A stretch of 63,501 bases of DNA, filler included, from Octopus bimaculoides (Eukaryota), in assembly GCF_001194135.2 (NCBI RefSeq). It is 7 parts of 6 records of this genome, joined end to end, with 100 filler letters (N's around TTAATTAATTAA, not from the genome) between each part and the next. Parts side by side here need not be neighbours in the genome. Positions count along the whole stretch, not along the records: positions 1 to 28,580 come from NC_068983.1; 6 more parts are not named here. One strand, given 5' to 3'. The first letter of the stretch is position 1. The number at the start of each line of letters is the position of its first letter. Made by a program: the position numbers and the translations under genes. Under the pieces are notes generated by a model. It was not told the DNA's origin. It did not search any database and worked only from the letters and a program-made list of their open reading frames with translations. Positions 13,430 through 26,840 of this stretch are shown piece after piece.

Positions 13430-14110
13430 GATAATATGAATCGATGAATGAAGCAGATGATGGATGTAGCATCAGTTTTTATTCAGTACGACGATCGTTT
13501 CGACCCCTCCTTCAATTGTTCTTCATGGGTGGGATGTTGTGCATCCAGTTGCGTTGAATCGATCAGTGCAGTCTGGGTCTGGGTCTCATCGGTTACGGGC
13601 ATACATAAAGTGGTGTTCCGCTAAATATGTTGAGTTTTCGCAGTCATGTTGACTCCTGCTCGTTGTAACCAGGGCTAGCTACAGCTGTCCTTTATCAAAT
13701 AGTCATTACAAAATAATCATAAACATAAAAGTATAAAGTATAAAAAATATATATAAGAAAAAGTATATATAAGAAAGTCATAGAGAGAGAGTAAGGCATG
13801 TTAGAGAGAGATTAGATGACGACTATTTTGTAATGACTATTTGAGATAAGGACAGGTGTAGCTAGCCCCGGATACAACGGACAAAAATCAACATGGCTGC
13901 GAGAACTCAATATATTTAGTGGGACACCACTTTATGTATGCATGCACCTGATGTGACCCAGACTGCACTGATCGATGCAACACAATTGTATGCACAACAC
14001 CCCACCCATCTCACTCATGAAGGACAGTCGCAGGAAGGGTCGAAACGGTCGTCGTACTGAGTAAAGACTAATGCCAAATCCAAATTCCACTTCATTCATC
14101 GAATATATAT
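13430..14110. repeat. Inverted pair of about 290-bp Penelope pLTR-like repeats with decayed hammerhead motifs
   Basis: 13430-13718 is a diverged reverse complement of 13821-14110; both arms carry GGTCGAAACG(A/G)TCGTCGTACTGA. Confidence 0.65.
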
Positions 14111-14889
14111 ACAAGGCGAATAGGTTTGTCGAGTAATTCGTCATCCATTAGGTTCCAAGATCCCAGCTGAGGCTGGAGCTAGGTATCCGTATTAGGCTTC
14201 CGTGTTAGCAGGTGTATATTAGAGGAAAAGGACAGCAAAAACCAAGAATGAACGAGTATCTCAAGTCATTTATAATAATTTAGAGTGAGGTAAATTTGAA
14301 GTCGTACAACTGTTACTGGAATAACCCAAGTGATAGGCTAGCATGTCGGTATACTGGGTATTCCATCATCAGAGACGAGGTGAATATGTATGAAAGTTTC
14401 AGACAGGGGAATTCGCAGTTTATAAGGAATAAAATAGAAAAATAATGAGTAAAAGTAGATAGAATACTGACAGGAAAATAAAGTTCACAGTTCATCTTTT
14501 TCCAGAAGATATGAAGATTGGTCTGCACTTTCCTGAAGGCATAGGCTAGCTTTAATTCTTTTTAATCTTTCATTTATAACTTTTAACTTTTAATTTGTAT
14601 CCTTATCTATTTAATTGTAGTTTTATCATATNNNNNNNNNNTATATATATATATACCCCCTTAAGCTAGGCATGTATTTTTAGCTGTCCCTACTGACGAC
14701 TGACCATACCTAACTTCGATTTCATCTATTTGATTAATAGATATGAATACCTTCCTCCTCCAAAAGACAATGTTATAAACGACAGGCTTGAAAAATTACA
14801 CTTACTATGATATCTAAAGTATAGATTTATTAGAATAATTATAAACACTAACCACAAGCCACATTTGTATTATTATTAGCTATATCATA

Positions 14890-15110
14890 AAGCGGCGAAC
14901 TGGCAGAATTTTTAGAGCGACGGGCGCAATGCTTAGCGGTATTTGGTCAGTCTTTAAGTTCTGAGTTCAAATTTCGTTGAAATCGACTTTGCTTTTCAGC
15001 CTTTCGGGTCGATAAATTAAGTACCAGTCAAACACTGGGATCGATATAATCGACTAGTCCCCCTTCACCAAAATTTCAGGCCTTGCACTTTTAGTAGAAA
15101 GGATTATTAG
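14890..15110 (+). mobile_element. SINE of an abundant cephalopod-type family
   Basis: GCGAACTGGCAGAA...TTCTGAGTTCAAAT...GGGTCGATAAATTAAGTACCAG...AAAGGATTATTA. Homologous copies at 39640-39860 and 40064-40290; minus-strand fragments near 36660-36790, 44900-45080 and 45340-45400. Confidence 0.7.
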
Positions 15111-17039
15111 CTATATCATGTCACTAAAGAATAGGTATTTGCATTTACTTCCTCAAAATTCTTGAAATATTCTTTAATACTTCCTTTCTACGTCTTATCT
15201 TAGTTAAACTCATTATTTAAACTGGGATTTATTTTCGTTTTCTTCGTTTGACATTCTGCAAATAATCGTGGTTAACCATCTCAATTGGTTAAATGAATTC
15301 GAACAACGAGAGGGCTTCAACATGATAGCTTGATATGTTAGGAATAGCAGGTAGATTACTTGAAATTACCTTATACCATTTAAAAAAGGAAGGGAGACTT
15401 TAAATGAAGTAGTTTTTAGATATGTTACGTCTATATTTCATTACATCATTATTTTTTTATGAATAATTTCAAGTTTAAAATTGTACATTGTCTGAATAGA
15501 CGCCGAGTCCGAATATAGAAGTTACAAATCCAATCAGTAATAAAATAGTTATCTGTAACATTGTCACAATAGCGAATACACTTGATTAAATCTCTCCCAA
15601 TACTCAGCTGGTATTTTCTTGACACAAACTGAATGTATGATAACGTTAATCTCGGCTGCATTTGCACTAAAATAGTAATTTACTATTTTACCAATTGGCT
15701 GTCAAGTTACAGTAGAATGGGTTCTATTCATCTTAGTATGTATAGAACATTTGTTTTACTAACTCTTTCAACATCAATTGTGATTTCTACCATTTGCACC
15801 AGGGATCGATGTTAAAGGAATATAACTAAGTAGTGTAACTTATGTATCACAAAAATATGTCTTCACTGCTCAGTTATTCGGCAAAATATCGCAGTAGGAA
15901 AAATGCATTGAATTTTTGGTGGGGAAGGCGGGGGTTTTAAATCGTCTCCTTATGCTTTCGGACAGATTATTATTATATTTCTTAATTGAAATAGCTATCA
16001 AGAATGCATGTCAAAACTTCTGAGAAAACTATTCATGATAATCTTAGATCGTTCAGGAGAATATATGACTTCCATTTTCTGGGATGACGGACCGGGTAAA
16101 TTCATGTAACCTCAAATTTGAGGCAATATTTAAGCAACGTTCACAATTAATCGTTGAGGATGGATGAGGTGTAAAATAAAACAATAAACGAGAGAGCGAG
16201 GGAAGACGTCAGGAAGAAAAAAAGATTTACTATCATTGCTAAGAATTCGATTTGATATTGGCGTCAGATGCAAAAGTAGGAGTAACATGTCCAAGTTAAT
16301 TCATGTTATAAGTTTATATCTAACTAGTTGATGCATTATGTATTTGAACAGGACGTTTAAGTTTACTAATCCACATACGTCATTTGCGTAAGAAACGGCA
16401 GACAGGTTAGTAGTAACATATTTAACGAACAGAGCTTTGAAAATCTTAAATGGAATAAGTAATGGTAATGATTAATCGATTATGTTCAATTTCCAACGAA
16501 TATTTTGCTAACGCCGAACACTTATCTGTCTTATTATGATCTCCTCAGCGAATCATAACCTTCACTATATATGCTGAAGTAGTTTAGACTTAATCTCTAA
16601 GTAAAATACATATTGTCCATCTGTAAGAGGGGCATAGTAGGAAACATTTAGAAATTGAATATTTCAGAAGCACTAAGCTTACAAAAGACAATAGGAAGCT
16701 TAGTGTTAACATTTCATGAAGGGATCATTAAATATCTAACAAGTGCAGGGAAATTTTGCTTCGATGAGAACTTAAAATAATAGTAAAGCATCTACCGTAA
16801 TGGTTTGAACCATATCACAATATATATATACATACATATATATAAAAGAAAAATCTTGAATTTTACATCTTTCAGCGTTGATTTACCAATCAGCAGCTGC
16901 AGATTACTTCAAATTTCGACACAACCGAAAGCTAACTTCACAAAGATTCCTACACTACGAGAACTGCTAAATTTCAAACGTTTGAAAATCAACGACCGAA
17001 ATACGGGCATTCTATTATTATTATTATTATTTTTTTTAC

Positions 17040-17090
<51 letters not shown>

Positions 17091-17250
17091 CAAGCAGTGC
17101 TCCAGAATGGCCGCAGTCAAATGACTGAAACAAATAAAAGTATAAAAGAATTTTTAAACTGCCGAGATTCATTTATGCATGTTTATTATTGATTCTCCGA
17201 AAGGCATTAGAATATTATCCTGAAATAATGAAACAGTATAAATTAAACTG

Positions 17251-17632
17251 TGGAGGCGCAATGGCCCAGTGGTTAGGGCAGCGGACTCGCGGTCATAGGA
17301 TCGCGGTTTCGATTCCCAGACCGGGCGTTGTGAGTGTTTATTGAGCGAAAACACCTAAAGCTCCATGTAGCTCCGGCAGGGGATGGTGGCGAACCCTGCT
17401 GTACTCCTTCACCACAACTTTCTCTCACTCTTTCTTCCCGTTTCTGTTGTGCCTGTAATTCAAAGGGTCAGCCTTGTCACACTGTGTCACGCTGAATATC
17501 CCTGAGAACTACGTTGAGGGTACACGTGTCTGTGGAGTGCTCAGCCACTTGCACGTTAATTTCACGAGCAGGCTGTTCCGTTGATCGGATCAACTGGAAC
17601 CCTCGACGTCGTAAGCGACGGAGTGCCAACAA
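17251..17632 (+). mobile_element. tRNA-derived SINE, young-looking copy
   Basis: A-box TGGCCCAGTGG and B-box GGTTTCGATTCCC followed by a long non-tRNA body; related minus-strand copy at 55760-56050. Confidence 0.75.
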
Positions 17633-18916
17633 AAAATAAATTAAACTAATATATGAATGCTTCGTAAACCGGAATTTATGTCCCAAATATACAGATTCGC
17701 GTGTTTTATATAAAGATTAAGGATAGAAAATACATGTTTAGCTTGGTTACAGTAGTCTGAATTAGAAAACAGTAGCATATGTAGACGTGCGATGAACAGA
17801 TACTGTGAGTAAGATTATTTACCTGCCTGAATTTTTTTCACTTACCATTGTGGAATTGTTCCTCAAGTTATGAACTTTGCATTCTGTGGTATCTATCATC
17901 TCTGCCGACAATAGGTTTGATCACAAGTTGTTGGATCACTCTAAATTTCCAGGAACTAATTTATGGGATAAATATATATAAGATGTTTTTATATCATTTC
18001 TATCAACTTTTTTAATAGGCCCTACAGGCCCTAGATTGATTGTGATTTTCCGGTTATCTAGGCTTAAATGAGAAATTTAAACATTTCATTCAAATTATAC
18101 ATACCTCATATTCGCGATTTCGCTTTGGAGTCTGTAACCTTCAGAGTAATTGCCCTCATTACGCTGGTTCACTATTGTAATCTTTAAAATAATGCGAGAA
18201 CCTAAACTATAGGAGGCTTTCATCTATTTATTTTATGCGATAACAATCAACATAGCTCGCCAGGCGTTAGGTTTGTGAAACATTTTTCCTTACAATTAAA
18301 TAAATTTGGTTCAGTTAAGGAACTTATACTATTTACAAATGTGAAAAAAAAGTTATATTTATCTCTCACATTCGAAAGACTTCTTTGCTTCGACGGTAGC
18401 AAACCTGTCATGTTTACAGGAGTTACGGATTCGAGTTCCACTGATAGCCCTCCCTTTCTTCTACCCAAAGAGACTCTAAGCTCAATATTTACACGCTATT
18501 ATTACCTTTATAAGCTTCGAGTTAAAACGTTACAAAAAGAATAACACACACACACACACAATCACATATACATACACACACTCACACATATAGGTATTAC
18601 TTTCGCTTAGTAGACAAACGGAAGCAACGCAACGTTCGCTTGAGTATGCCGAATTAAAAACCAGTAATTAATGAATTGTTCTTGAGACGTTTCTTTTTTC
18701 ATAGGGGATATTTCAGCGGTAGAAAAATCATAAGCAATAATAATAAACTAGCGGCATTAGTATATCAGTTAAAACATTTCCAAATATAAATTTAAAGCCT
18801 TCTGGTTATTGTTACTTACTTAAATAGAATGTAAATTAATCAAAACACTTTAATAACATGCTTTAAGATTACAAAAATATACACAGAATTAATTACAGTT
18901 TTGTTGTTTTTTCCAG

Positions 18917-18988
18917 GAACATCGAAAGAAATAATATACAAACCATTTTGCCAAACGCTTTCAGAGGACTTTCCAGTTTAAGCACACT
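18917..18988 (+). CDS. Exon: leucine-rich repeat 2
   Basis: ttttttccag/...ct|gtaagt; 72 nt, phase 2-2; (L)NIERNNIQTILPNAFRGLSSLST(L). Confidence 0.92.
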
Positions 18989-19224
18989 GTAAGTTGGAAA
19001 GCATATTTTACTATGGAATATTTCAGAAACCTCCTAAGTTGAATTAACATATAGCATTTGCGTTTCAAATCATATACATACACGCTCACACAGGTGCATT
19101 GCAGCATATTCTTACACACGCTCTTACACACATATATTCACATACTGACACTCATACACAAATACATATACATACATACATACATACATACATACATAAA
19201 ATATACATGAATACATACATGTGT

Positions 19225-19269
<45 letters not shown>

Positions 19270-19274
<5 letters not shown>

Positions 19275-20125
19275 GTCCTTGTCTGAACAGGTGGCGCCTT
19301 CATCAATGGCGAAAAACCAACGATTCGCAGATGACATGTTACCCATCGCGGAAACCACAGACCAGTTGTAGGCCATGCTGACAGAGCTGAACACTCAGAG
19401 CTTAACAGTAGGTCATAAAATGAATCTCATGAAAACAAAATATATGCAGTCGGAAGACATAGTACAAGGCCGAATATATGTGGGTAGCGATGAAATGGAG
19501 GAGGCAAAGAAGTACGTATGTTTAGGACACACAGTGAAGAGGCATCGAGATATGGATGCTGAAATCTCAAAAAGAATAAGGGGAGGGTAAAAGACATCTA
19601 GTCCCCCAAAAAGATGTGCTCAAAATAAAGTTAGACAATCCCATGCGTGGCAGACTCTTCAGTAGCACCGTCCTCTCTTCGCTCTTATACGCATGTGAAA
19701 TGTGAGCTGCTACGAAGAGGATAGACTATCGATTGGCTAAAACACGAAGCGCCATGGAAAGGTGAATGCTTGGAATATTATTGCCAGAGTACATTCTAAA
19801 TGAGATACCGCGAAAACGGAGCGGAGTAAACGACGTGACTGCAGTACCGAAAGCACAAGTTGCACTGGATATGTCATTAGGTACACAGACAGCAGGTGGA
19901 CACATGCAGTTTCCGTGTGTCTCCAAGAGAATGGGAAAGACCACTTGGAAGGCCTACATGGCGAGGGAAAGACGACCTGGTTAAGTAACTTGGGTCAAGA
20001 TGGAAAAGTATGGCGAAATCAAGACGGAATTGATAGCGCATTGTGACCAGCGGTGTATAACAGCATCTGATGGTCTGATCGATACTGCGATACTGTAATA
20101 AAAATATAAATAAATAAATAAATAA
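19270..20125 (+). mobile_element. RTE-clade LINE 3' fragment, degraded
   Basis: RFADDMLPIAETTDQL*AMLTELNTQSLTVGHKMNLMKTKYM...YVCLG...EISKRI (RT domains 5-7); (TAAA)n tail at about 20105-20125. Confidence 0.8.
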
Positions 20126-20139
20126 ATGGATGTATGTTA

Positions 20140-20465
20140 TTCAGATTTATTTCAAGATTTCTTGCCAATAGAGAAAGAGCCGGTTTCCAGTCTAGATCCA
20201 AGGATCCTTCATTGAAGTTTCAATAACATCGACATGCTATTTTTGTATGTATGTCTCTATACGTGCAGGTTTGTAAGTTTTGTTTTATGTATTCTCATGC
20301 ATATACGTGCATGCCTAGATATGCACATAACTACTTAAATGATGACCTTCTGGAAATGTTTACAGATTGTTACAGTTCCAGTGATGGATTGGATCTGTAG
20401 TCTTCAGATCAGCTTTCTCCTTTCTGGTTTTGAGAAGCCTAATTTCTCAAGATTGTTTTTTAGGC
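20140..20465 (-). mobile_element. R4/Dong-like non-LTR 3' end
   Basis: Minus strand KNNLEKLGFSKPERRKLI*RLQIQSITGTVTICKHFQK plus a 3' UTR shared with about 23620-23690. Confidence 0.5.
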
Positions 20466-20917
20466 AGTGTATTATGTATGTATGTATGTATGTATGTATG
20501 TATGTATGTATGTATGTATGCATGTATGTATGTATGTATGTATGTATGTATGTATGTATGTGTGTGTGTGTATGTATGTGTGTATGTACACTTGTTTATA
20601 TTTACAAACGAAAGAAACAACTACACAATGCATTTTTAATCGTTTATACTTACGATTAAACAGTTTCCTTTCCCAGACATGGACTGTGATATTTCAGTCG
20701 TTTTAGGAAGTGATGCAATAAATCTCTTTAATTTAGAAAATTATATGAAATCACCTGAAGTACCTTGAATAAAACAATGCTAAATAATAAGATGAGATTA
20801 TTATCCGATCCACTATCTGTCTGTTTATATTTCGGGAAATAGAATAAATGGAAAACATTAAAAAATATACATACATACATAGACACCCATTGCATGCATA
20901 TATACATATACATATAT

Positions 20918-21005
<88 letters not shown>

Positions 21006-21343
21006 GTACGCTTGCACATGCCGCCTCTTCCTACTTCTCCCATCAACAGCCTGACCGATTTCCTATCCGCCACGTAATCTAGTTCCTGTACTACACGTGG
21101 CTAATTTCTTGTTCACCTGCGGTATTTTCCGACTAACTGATACCCATATACCAACATCAAACTACGATCCCGCGTGACCTTCTTCGTCCAATCGTAGCCC
21201 ACCTTACAGTAATAGCAATCAATTTCTATCATTCAAAATCAAAATAGCTGGCTAGCATCATGTTTGAAACTCAAGAGTACCGACGAATTTGTATCAAACT
21301 ATTTTGGTCCATACATGTAACTGCCACGTTTGTCCACTAACTC

Positions 21344-21374
<31 letters not shown>

Positions 21375-21484
21375 GCTGAACAAACAAATCATTTTATATA
21401 CATGCACATATTTATCCATATATATGAATGTTTGTGCGCATGTGTGCGTCACTGTTTACGTGTGTGTATGTATGTGTGTGTGTG

Positions 21485-21525
<41 letters not shown>

Positions 21526-22239
21526 GAGAGAGAGAGAGAGGGGAGGGATTATATATCTACACGTCACTCGCAATTCTCTCAAGCCATTAGCAGCAAAAGG
21601 TGTCAAATAAAACAATATGAGGAATGGTAAGGCTCTGAAATGTTAAGTTCTTTTCATGAATGGTGTGAAAGAAATTTAGAAAGTATCTAATTGCTAAAGC
21701 CTTCTGATATCAGGGGAATTAGTAAATGCTGCTTTGGAAGTTCCAGTACACTTAAAGGGCATTATAGAAAAAAATATATATGTAAAAAATCTAATTATGA
21801 AGTAGAAGATTGCGACCCCATTGGAAATATTTACTATCTAAAATCTTTATCTAATAAAAGAAAGATGTTCTACGCTTCTCTGCATGCTGCAAATCTCAAT
21901 ACGTTACAACAAACATTGTGTGTATTTGTTGAGGACATTTATTTCCATTAAATATAACTTCCCTTCTATAACATATGGATCAAGGAGTTATTTTAGTTTT
22001 TACGATGTATTACATTGCAAAACTGTCAAGGACTGAGGAGATTTAATTTACTTACTCTTTCCTACTAACTTCTTGAATGTTCCCTGTATCGTCAGTTATC
22101 ATTTCTCAAATCATCTAACGAGTGTAGGTATCTGGTATTGTTATTTATAAGTCCAGAAAATGTTTGAAAAATGTACTTGGAATTTGATACCTCCTTATCT
22201 ATCAAACTTCTACCGTTACTTTTCATTTTTGTCTTTCAG

Positions 22240-22311
22240 TGATCTCAGTAAACAGCGTTTGACATTCATCGAAAAAAATGTTTTCAATGGCTTACGGAAA
22301 CTTCGATTCCT
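22240..22311 (+). CDS. Exon: leucine-rich repeat 3
   Basis: tttttgtctttcag/...ct|gtaagt; 72 nt, phase 2-2; (L)DLSKQRLTFIEKNVFNGLRKLRF(L). Confidence 0.9.
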
Positions 22312-22329
22312 GTAAGTATATTATATTAA

Positions 22330-23500
22330 CCTCTGTAATATTCGTCGTACACTTCGTGTTAGAATATTTCCATGTTGCTGACTTAACGTCGACCCGATCG
22401 AACACTCTGTACTCTGCAGTCTTCGCACCCGAGACGATCTCATCATCAAAGTAGAGGAAAATAGTAGAGTCGTGGTTGTTTGACGAAATGTTCTCTTCAA
22501 AGCAGTGGTGCTCTGACAGTTTTACAACTGTTATCACTCCTACCCTAAACCCCACAAATCACTATCAGAATCTCGTCTTCTGCTCTCCATTACCTCATCT
22601 GCTTTTCACTCCTCTCGCATCACTGCAATTTTATTTTTCAGAATCCTGAAATTCTTGCTCCATAATCTTTCCAACAAAGCCCACAAACCTAACACCGGAT
22701 GCTCCTTCGTCTCAGACTTTAATTGCAGACCAGAATTCGTATGACAATACCTCGTCGTCATTCTATATACACTAGGAGCTTCGCTTCGATCCCATACACT
22801 GTCCATGATACCCACCAAGTTTTCAGACTCTAAAATCCTATACACCTTAAACATTGAATCTCTATAGAACGTTATCCTTACAACGATTGCCTTTCTTCTT
22901 TTCAGCATTTTATTGGCCGCCTCACAGCTTTCATATCTCACAGTTTCACCCTTCTCAGTTAAGTTAAATATGCTCTCACTGTTAACCGCTTTTCGCTCGT
23001 CAGTTGTCTGTGATAGCTATGATCCAGAATGTGTCCTAGCTATACTGTTCCGTTCATTATCTTGATATTCAGATCATACAGCTCCCGGACATCCCCACCA
23101 CTAAACTATACGATCGTTGCGTTGCATTGATGATTGTATTGACGTGACCTACCTTCCCCGTGAATAATGCAACCCCTTCAGCTCTTTCGTCATCTCGTTC
23201 CACCCCTACTTACAATTCATCACCTCTATGTTTGTCATGTTTCTGTTACTATTCCGAACCGCACAATATCCATCTTTTACAAAGCCACCTCTTGCGTCTT
23301 TGTAGTTCCTACCATGATTTTGTGACAATTTAAGTACAGTCCAAAACTTCATGCAACATAGATAACTTCTCGCTGGCCAAAGCCATCCTAACCTGCAATC
23401 GCCAAAACGAGAGCAACCTCACCGCCATTGTGCCGCTTCTCCCATACCTTCACTCTTCAATAAAACCACTCCATTCCTTTGGGCGTACCTGTAATAAAGG
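22330..23500 (-). mobile_element. Degenerate TE coding remnant, possibly a non-LTR ORF1
   Basis: GC-richer block with broken frames (ORFs 22606-22941 and 22292-22555) inside a 2-kb intron; no diagnostic motif identified with certainty. Confidence 0.3.
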
Positions 23501-23619
23501 TGACCTACTCGTTCGGGATTTTTTTCTGTATACATGCGCATGTTCACTTTACCCTCCTTTACTTGTATGTATGTATGTATGTATGTATGTATGTATGTAT
23601 GTATGTATGTATATGCAGA

Positions 23620-24010
23620 GTTGTATGTTTTAGGTATGTATTCTCATGCATATAGTTACATATCTAGACATGCACATATATATCTTTGTTGATATTTCCT
23701 GTTTCTGGATTGCAAACGCATACCCTTCAAAGCTGAAGGTAGTTATCTGGCTATTAGTCCATGATAAACTACTTTGATGATCCATGTTACTATCGTCACG
23801 GAGATTTCTACTAACGTATCCATGCATAGTCTTGTGTTCATCCTTTCATCTGATGATATGTTGCGGTAGGGTCGTGCGACATCTTTGGGCATGTATTCTA
23901 GGTTATTGGACAAAGAGTGTTGTTTAAAGAGCTGCTTTCCAAGTCTTAGGATGTTATCAGCCTCATATATGCAAACATGGTCAAGGGATGCACATCTGTC
24001 ATTTACGAGA
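23620..24010 (-). mobile_element. R4/Dong-like non-LTR fragment
   Basis: MHGYVSRNLRDDSNMDHQSSLSWTNSQITTFSFEGYAFAIQKQEISTK matches the HG...S..W...EG...A.Q.Q segment upstream of the zinc knuckle in RLE elements. Confidence 0.6.
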
Positions 24011-24291
24011 TAGTCATTTTACTCAATACATCACAGAATATATGTCGCATTCGTGTATGAAAGTTAGGCTGTAATTATTTCACCTTATAAACTAAGTCTT
24101 TTATGTCCACAAGTATTCCATTCGTTTCCCAGAGAATTCTTCAGACTCCTCAGAAGAAAAATATGATATTGCGAAACGAAAATTGTTACTTTTATTCCAG
24201 TACAATATTTTCCCGTTTCTGCTCATGTCTTGTACAATCCATATTTAAGTCGTACCTGTTAAGTTATATATTGTCAATTTTTCTTTTTCAG

Positions 24292-24363
24292 AAATCTTTC
24301 CGGTAATCAAATAACAAATATTGAAGACGGGGCCTTTAATGGACTTAAAAATCTTTTAACATT
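24292..24363 (+). CDS. Exon: leucine-rich repeat 4
   Basis: ttctttttcag/...tt|gtaagt; 72 nt, phase 2-2; (L)NLSGNQITNIEDGAFNGLKNLLT(L). Confidence 0.92.
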
Positions 24364-26781
24364 GTAAGTATTTTCCAGCATTTATAGTATTTCATGCTGA
24401 GTTTCTATTTATCTATTTCTATGGAGCAACTAAACCGTCGAGATGTACTATTACTTTCGTACTTTTCCGAAGGTTATGAATTTTTTATCTGAAGAGATGT
24501 TACTTATAACGAAGAAGCCTTAGCTTTCCGTCTATTGAAAGCTTCATTTTCTTTACGTTGCGAAAAACTTTTACTCTTTAAAGTTGAAAAGTAATGCTGT
24601 TGACTCGAAAAACAGATAACACTGCTGTTTTTTCCTATGTTATTTAATCTGATGCTACTCAGGCACAAATATGTTATATATTCTTCTACGAATGCCAAAC
24701 TGGTATCCTCCCAACAAATTGAGAATCTATTCCAAAAGTTTAGTTTGTTGGCTCAGAAACTCATGAACCATTAACTCAGTAATTCATTATTTCTTGAAAA
24801 AAAAATCTTACGCTGCACTTCTCAATACATTGGTGGCCAACCACAGGTGAGTTGGCGTTGGCACTTCCTTTCTAGGCTACTCACACCATGCACATATCGC
24901 AACTTTCGCGTTCAAGTGTAGTGAAAGAGGAACAGAAACTTCATCTGCGCGAGGTTATCACCATTTTAAAGCTCTCTCACAGCTAACCTACCAATATTTT
25001 CTTTCAGACTTGAAATAAGTCTTCTACTAAAGACTTCGTTTGCTAATATATTTCTAATCATAATACAAACCTCATTTCTCTTAGCTTTTTACTTGTTTCC
25101 CTCCTAAATACACAGTGAAATACGTATTAATATTAAAAAAAAAGAGTCGATAACACAGCCATATACACCACAAGCACACTCTAGCGAATAATTAGAACTC
25201 TCTGGTGTACAAAATGTGTCAAAGTACAAATCGCCACTCTTATCCACTTCACTTTCTGTTACAATATAAATCGATTGGCATTAAAAAAATAGACATGGCT
25301 TGGAACCGGGCTATTCTCGTGCTAATATAAACATAATGTAATATATAAAGAAAGTGAAAGGAGTCTCCTTACGGTTGTCTGTCATTAAACATATCATTAG
25401 TTATGAACCACTGAAAAACCTCTTAGCGCACAATTAAGTTTGGTCTCTTTCATTAAATAATACATAACATTTACGCTCATAGTTTTTAATATTATGGCGT
25501 TTATTTCATTAACTTCTTGCTTTCACTGTAAATATGTATACATGTCTATTTGTGTATACACACCCTATATAATACATATATGCATATATGTATTATATAT
25601 ATATATAGGCACATATGTACTCACATACATTTGCGTATATATATATATGTGTGTGTGTGTGTATACATACATGCATACATATATGCATATACACATATAG
25701 ATAGGTATAGATATATTGTTATATGTACATACATAATAGATAGATAGATATAGATACATACATACATACATACATACATACATACATGTACATACATGTA
25801 TGCACATACACACACAAATACACATATATAAATATGCTTACGCACATTCACGTATACATATATACATAGATGCATATATGCGTATATAAAATGGTGATTC
25901 AAATTTTGAAGAAGTTAAAGAAAACGCCTCTTACAATCCTGTTTAAAAGTTGATGATGCCTTGAGAATGTTATTACTGTCTTTACTAAACTTTCCTTTTC
26001 TTCTGTTGCTTTATGAATGTCTTCATAAACTTCATGTATCACTTTCTCCTCTCTGTCATTCTTGCTACTCTCCCGTAATGGGTTTGGAAACATAACACTG
26101 TCGCAATTAAGCAGATAACTCTCTTTTTATTCTTCGGTTTATAAATTCCCAGGAGTCAATTTCTTTATAAATGCTGCATTAGATGCATAGTTTTCGAAGA
26201 GATTTCAGACAACCGCTAATTGAATAAGAGTTTGTTTAATAACAGGTTGTAATAGAATAAAGCTGACTGCAACACTTTAAATGCGCCATACAAACGATCA
26301 GCCACGCACATTCTATATTAATTCTCCAATATTCTGACAAACAACAAGACAAATTTATTAGCATACGCACACACATATACATATAAGCAGATAAAGATAA
26401 CTGAAAAATGAAGGAGGAATTGTTTATCTATGCAGCGCTGTCGACACAAATAGAGATGAAAGACATGAAGAACAGTTAAATTATCTTCTCTGTCCAATAA
26501 ATCATAAGTTAGTGGTTTCGAAAATCTATGTGTTCAATACGAAACTTTATACAGTTTACTATACATAGCCCATATGAAGTATCTATAAACTACTCAGTGA
26601 ACAGGTCGAACCAGTGACCATAAGATCTGAAAACGTAACCAGTGGTTGGTAGATATACGCTGTGAAAACATGAACTGAAAGGGTGTCCCTGAGTGAATAC
26701 GGAATATCTCTGTTCATAATCGATAATCATTAAGTATTCCAAGAATGTAAAACTATTTCAGCTGCATATAGTTTGTCTTTG

Positions 26782-26840
<59 letters not shown>

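Noticed and set aside
17251-17330. tRNA-like sequence with A and B boxes
   Set aside because: No complete cloverleaf; it continues into a SINE body repeated elsewhere, so it is a SINE head rather than a tRNA gene.
24780-24846. Strong donor CAG|GTGAGT with a short open frame (NSLFLEKK...GGQPQ)
   Set aside because: No LRR or M13 similarity, weak acceptor, and it ends in phase 0, so it does not bridge to 42259.
25899-26093. Protein-like minus-strand ORF (KVIHEVYEDIHKATEEK...)
   Set aside because: No recognisable family motif or splice context; it may be TE debris but I cannot support a call.
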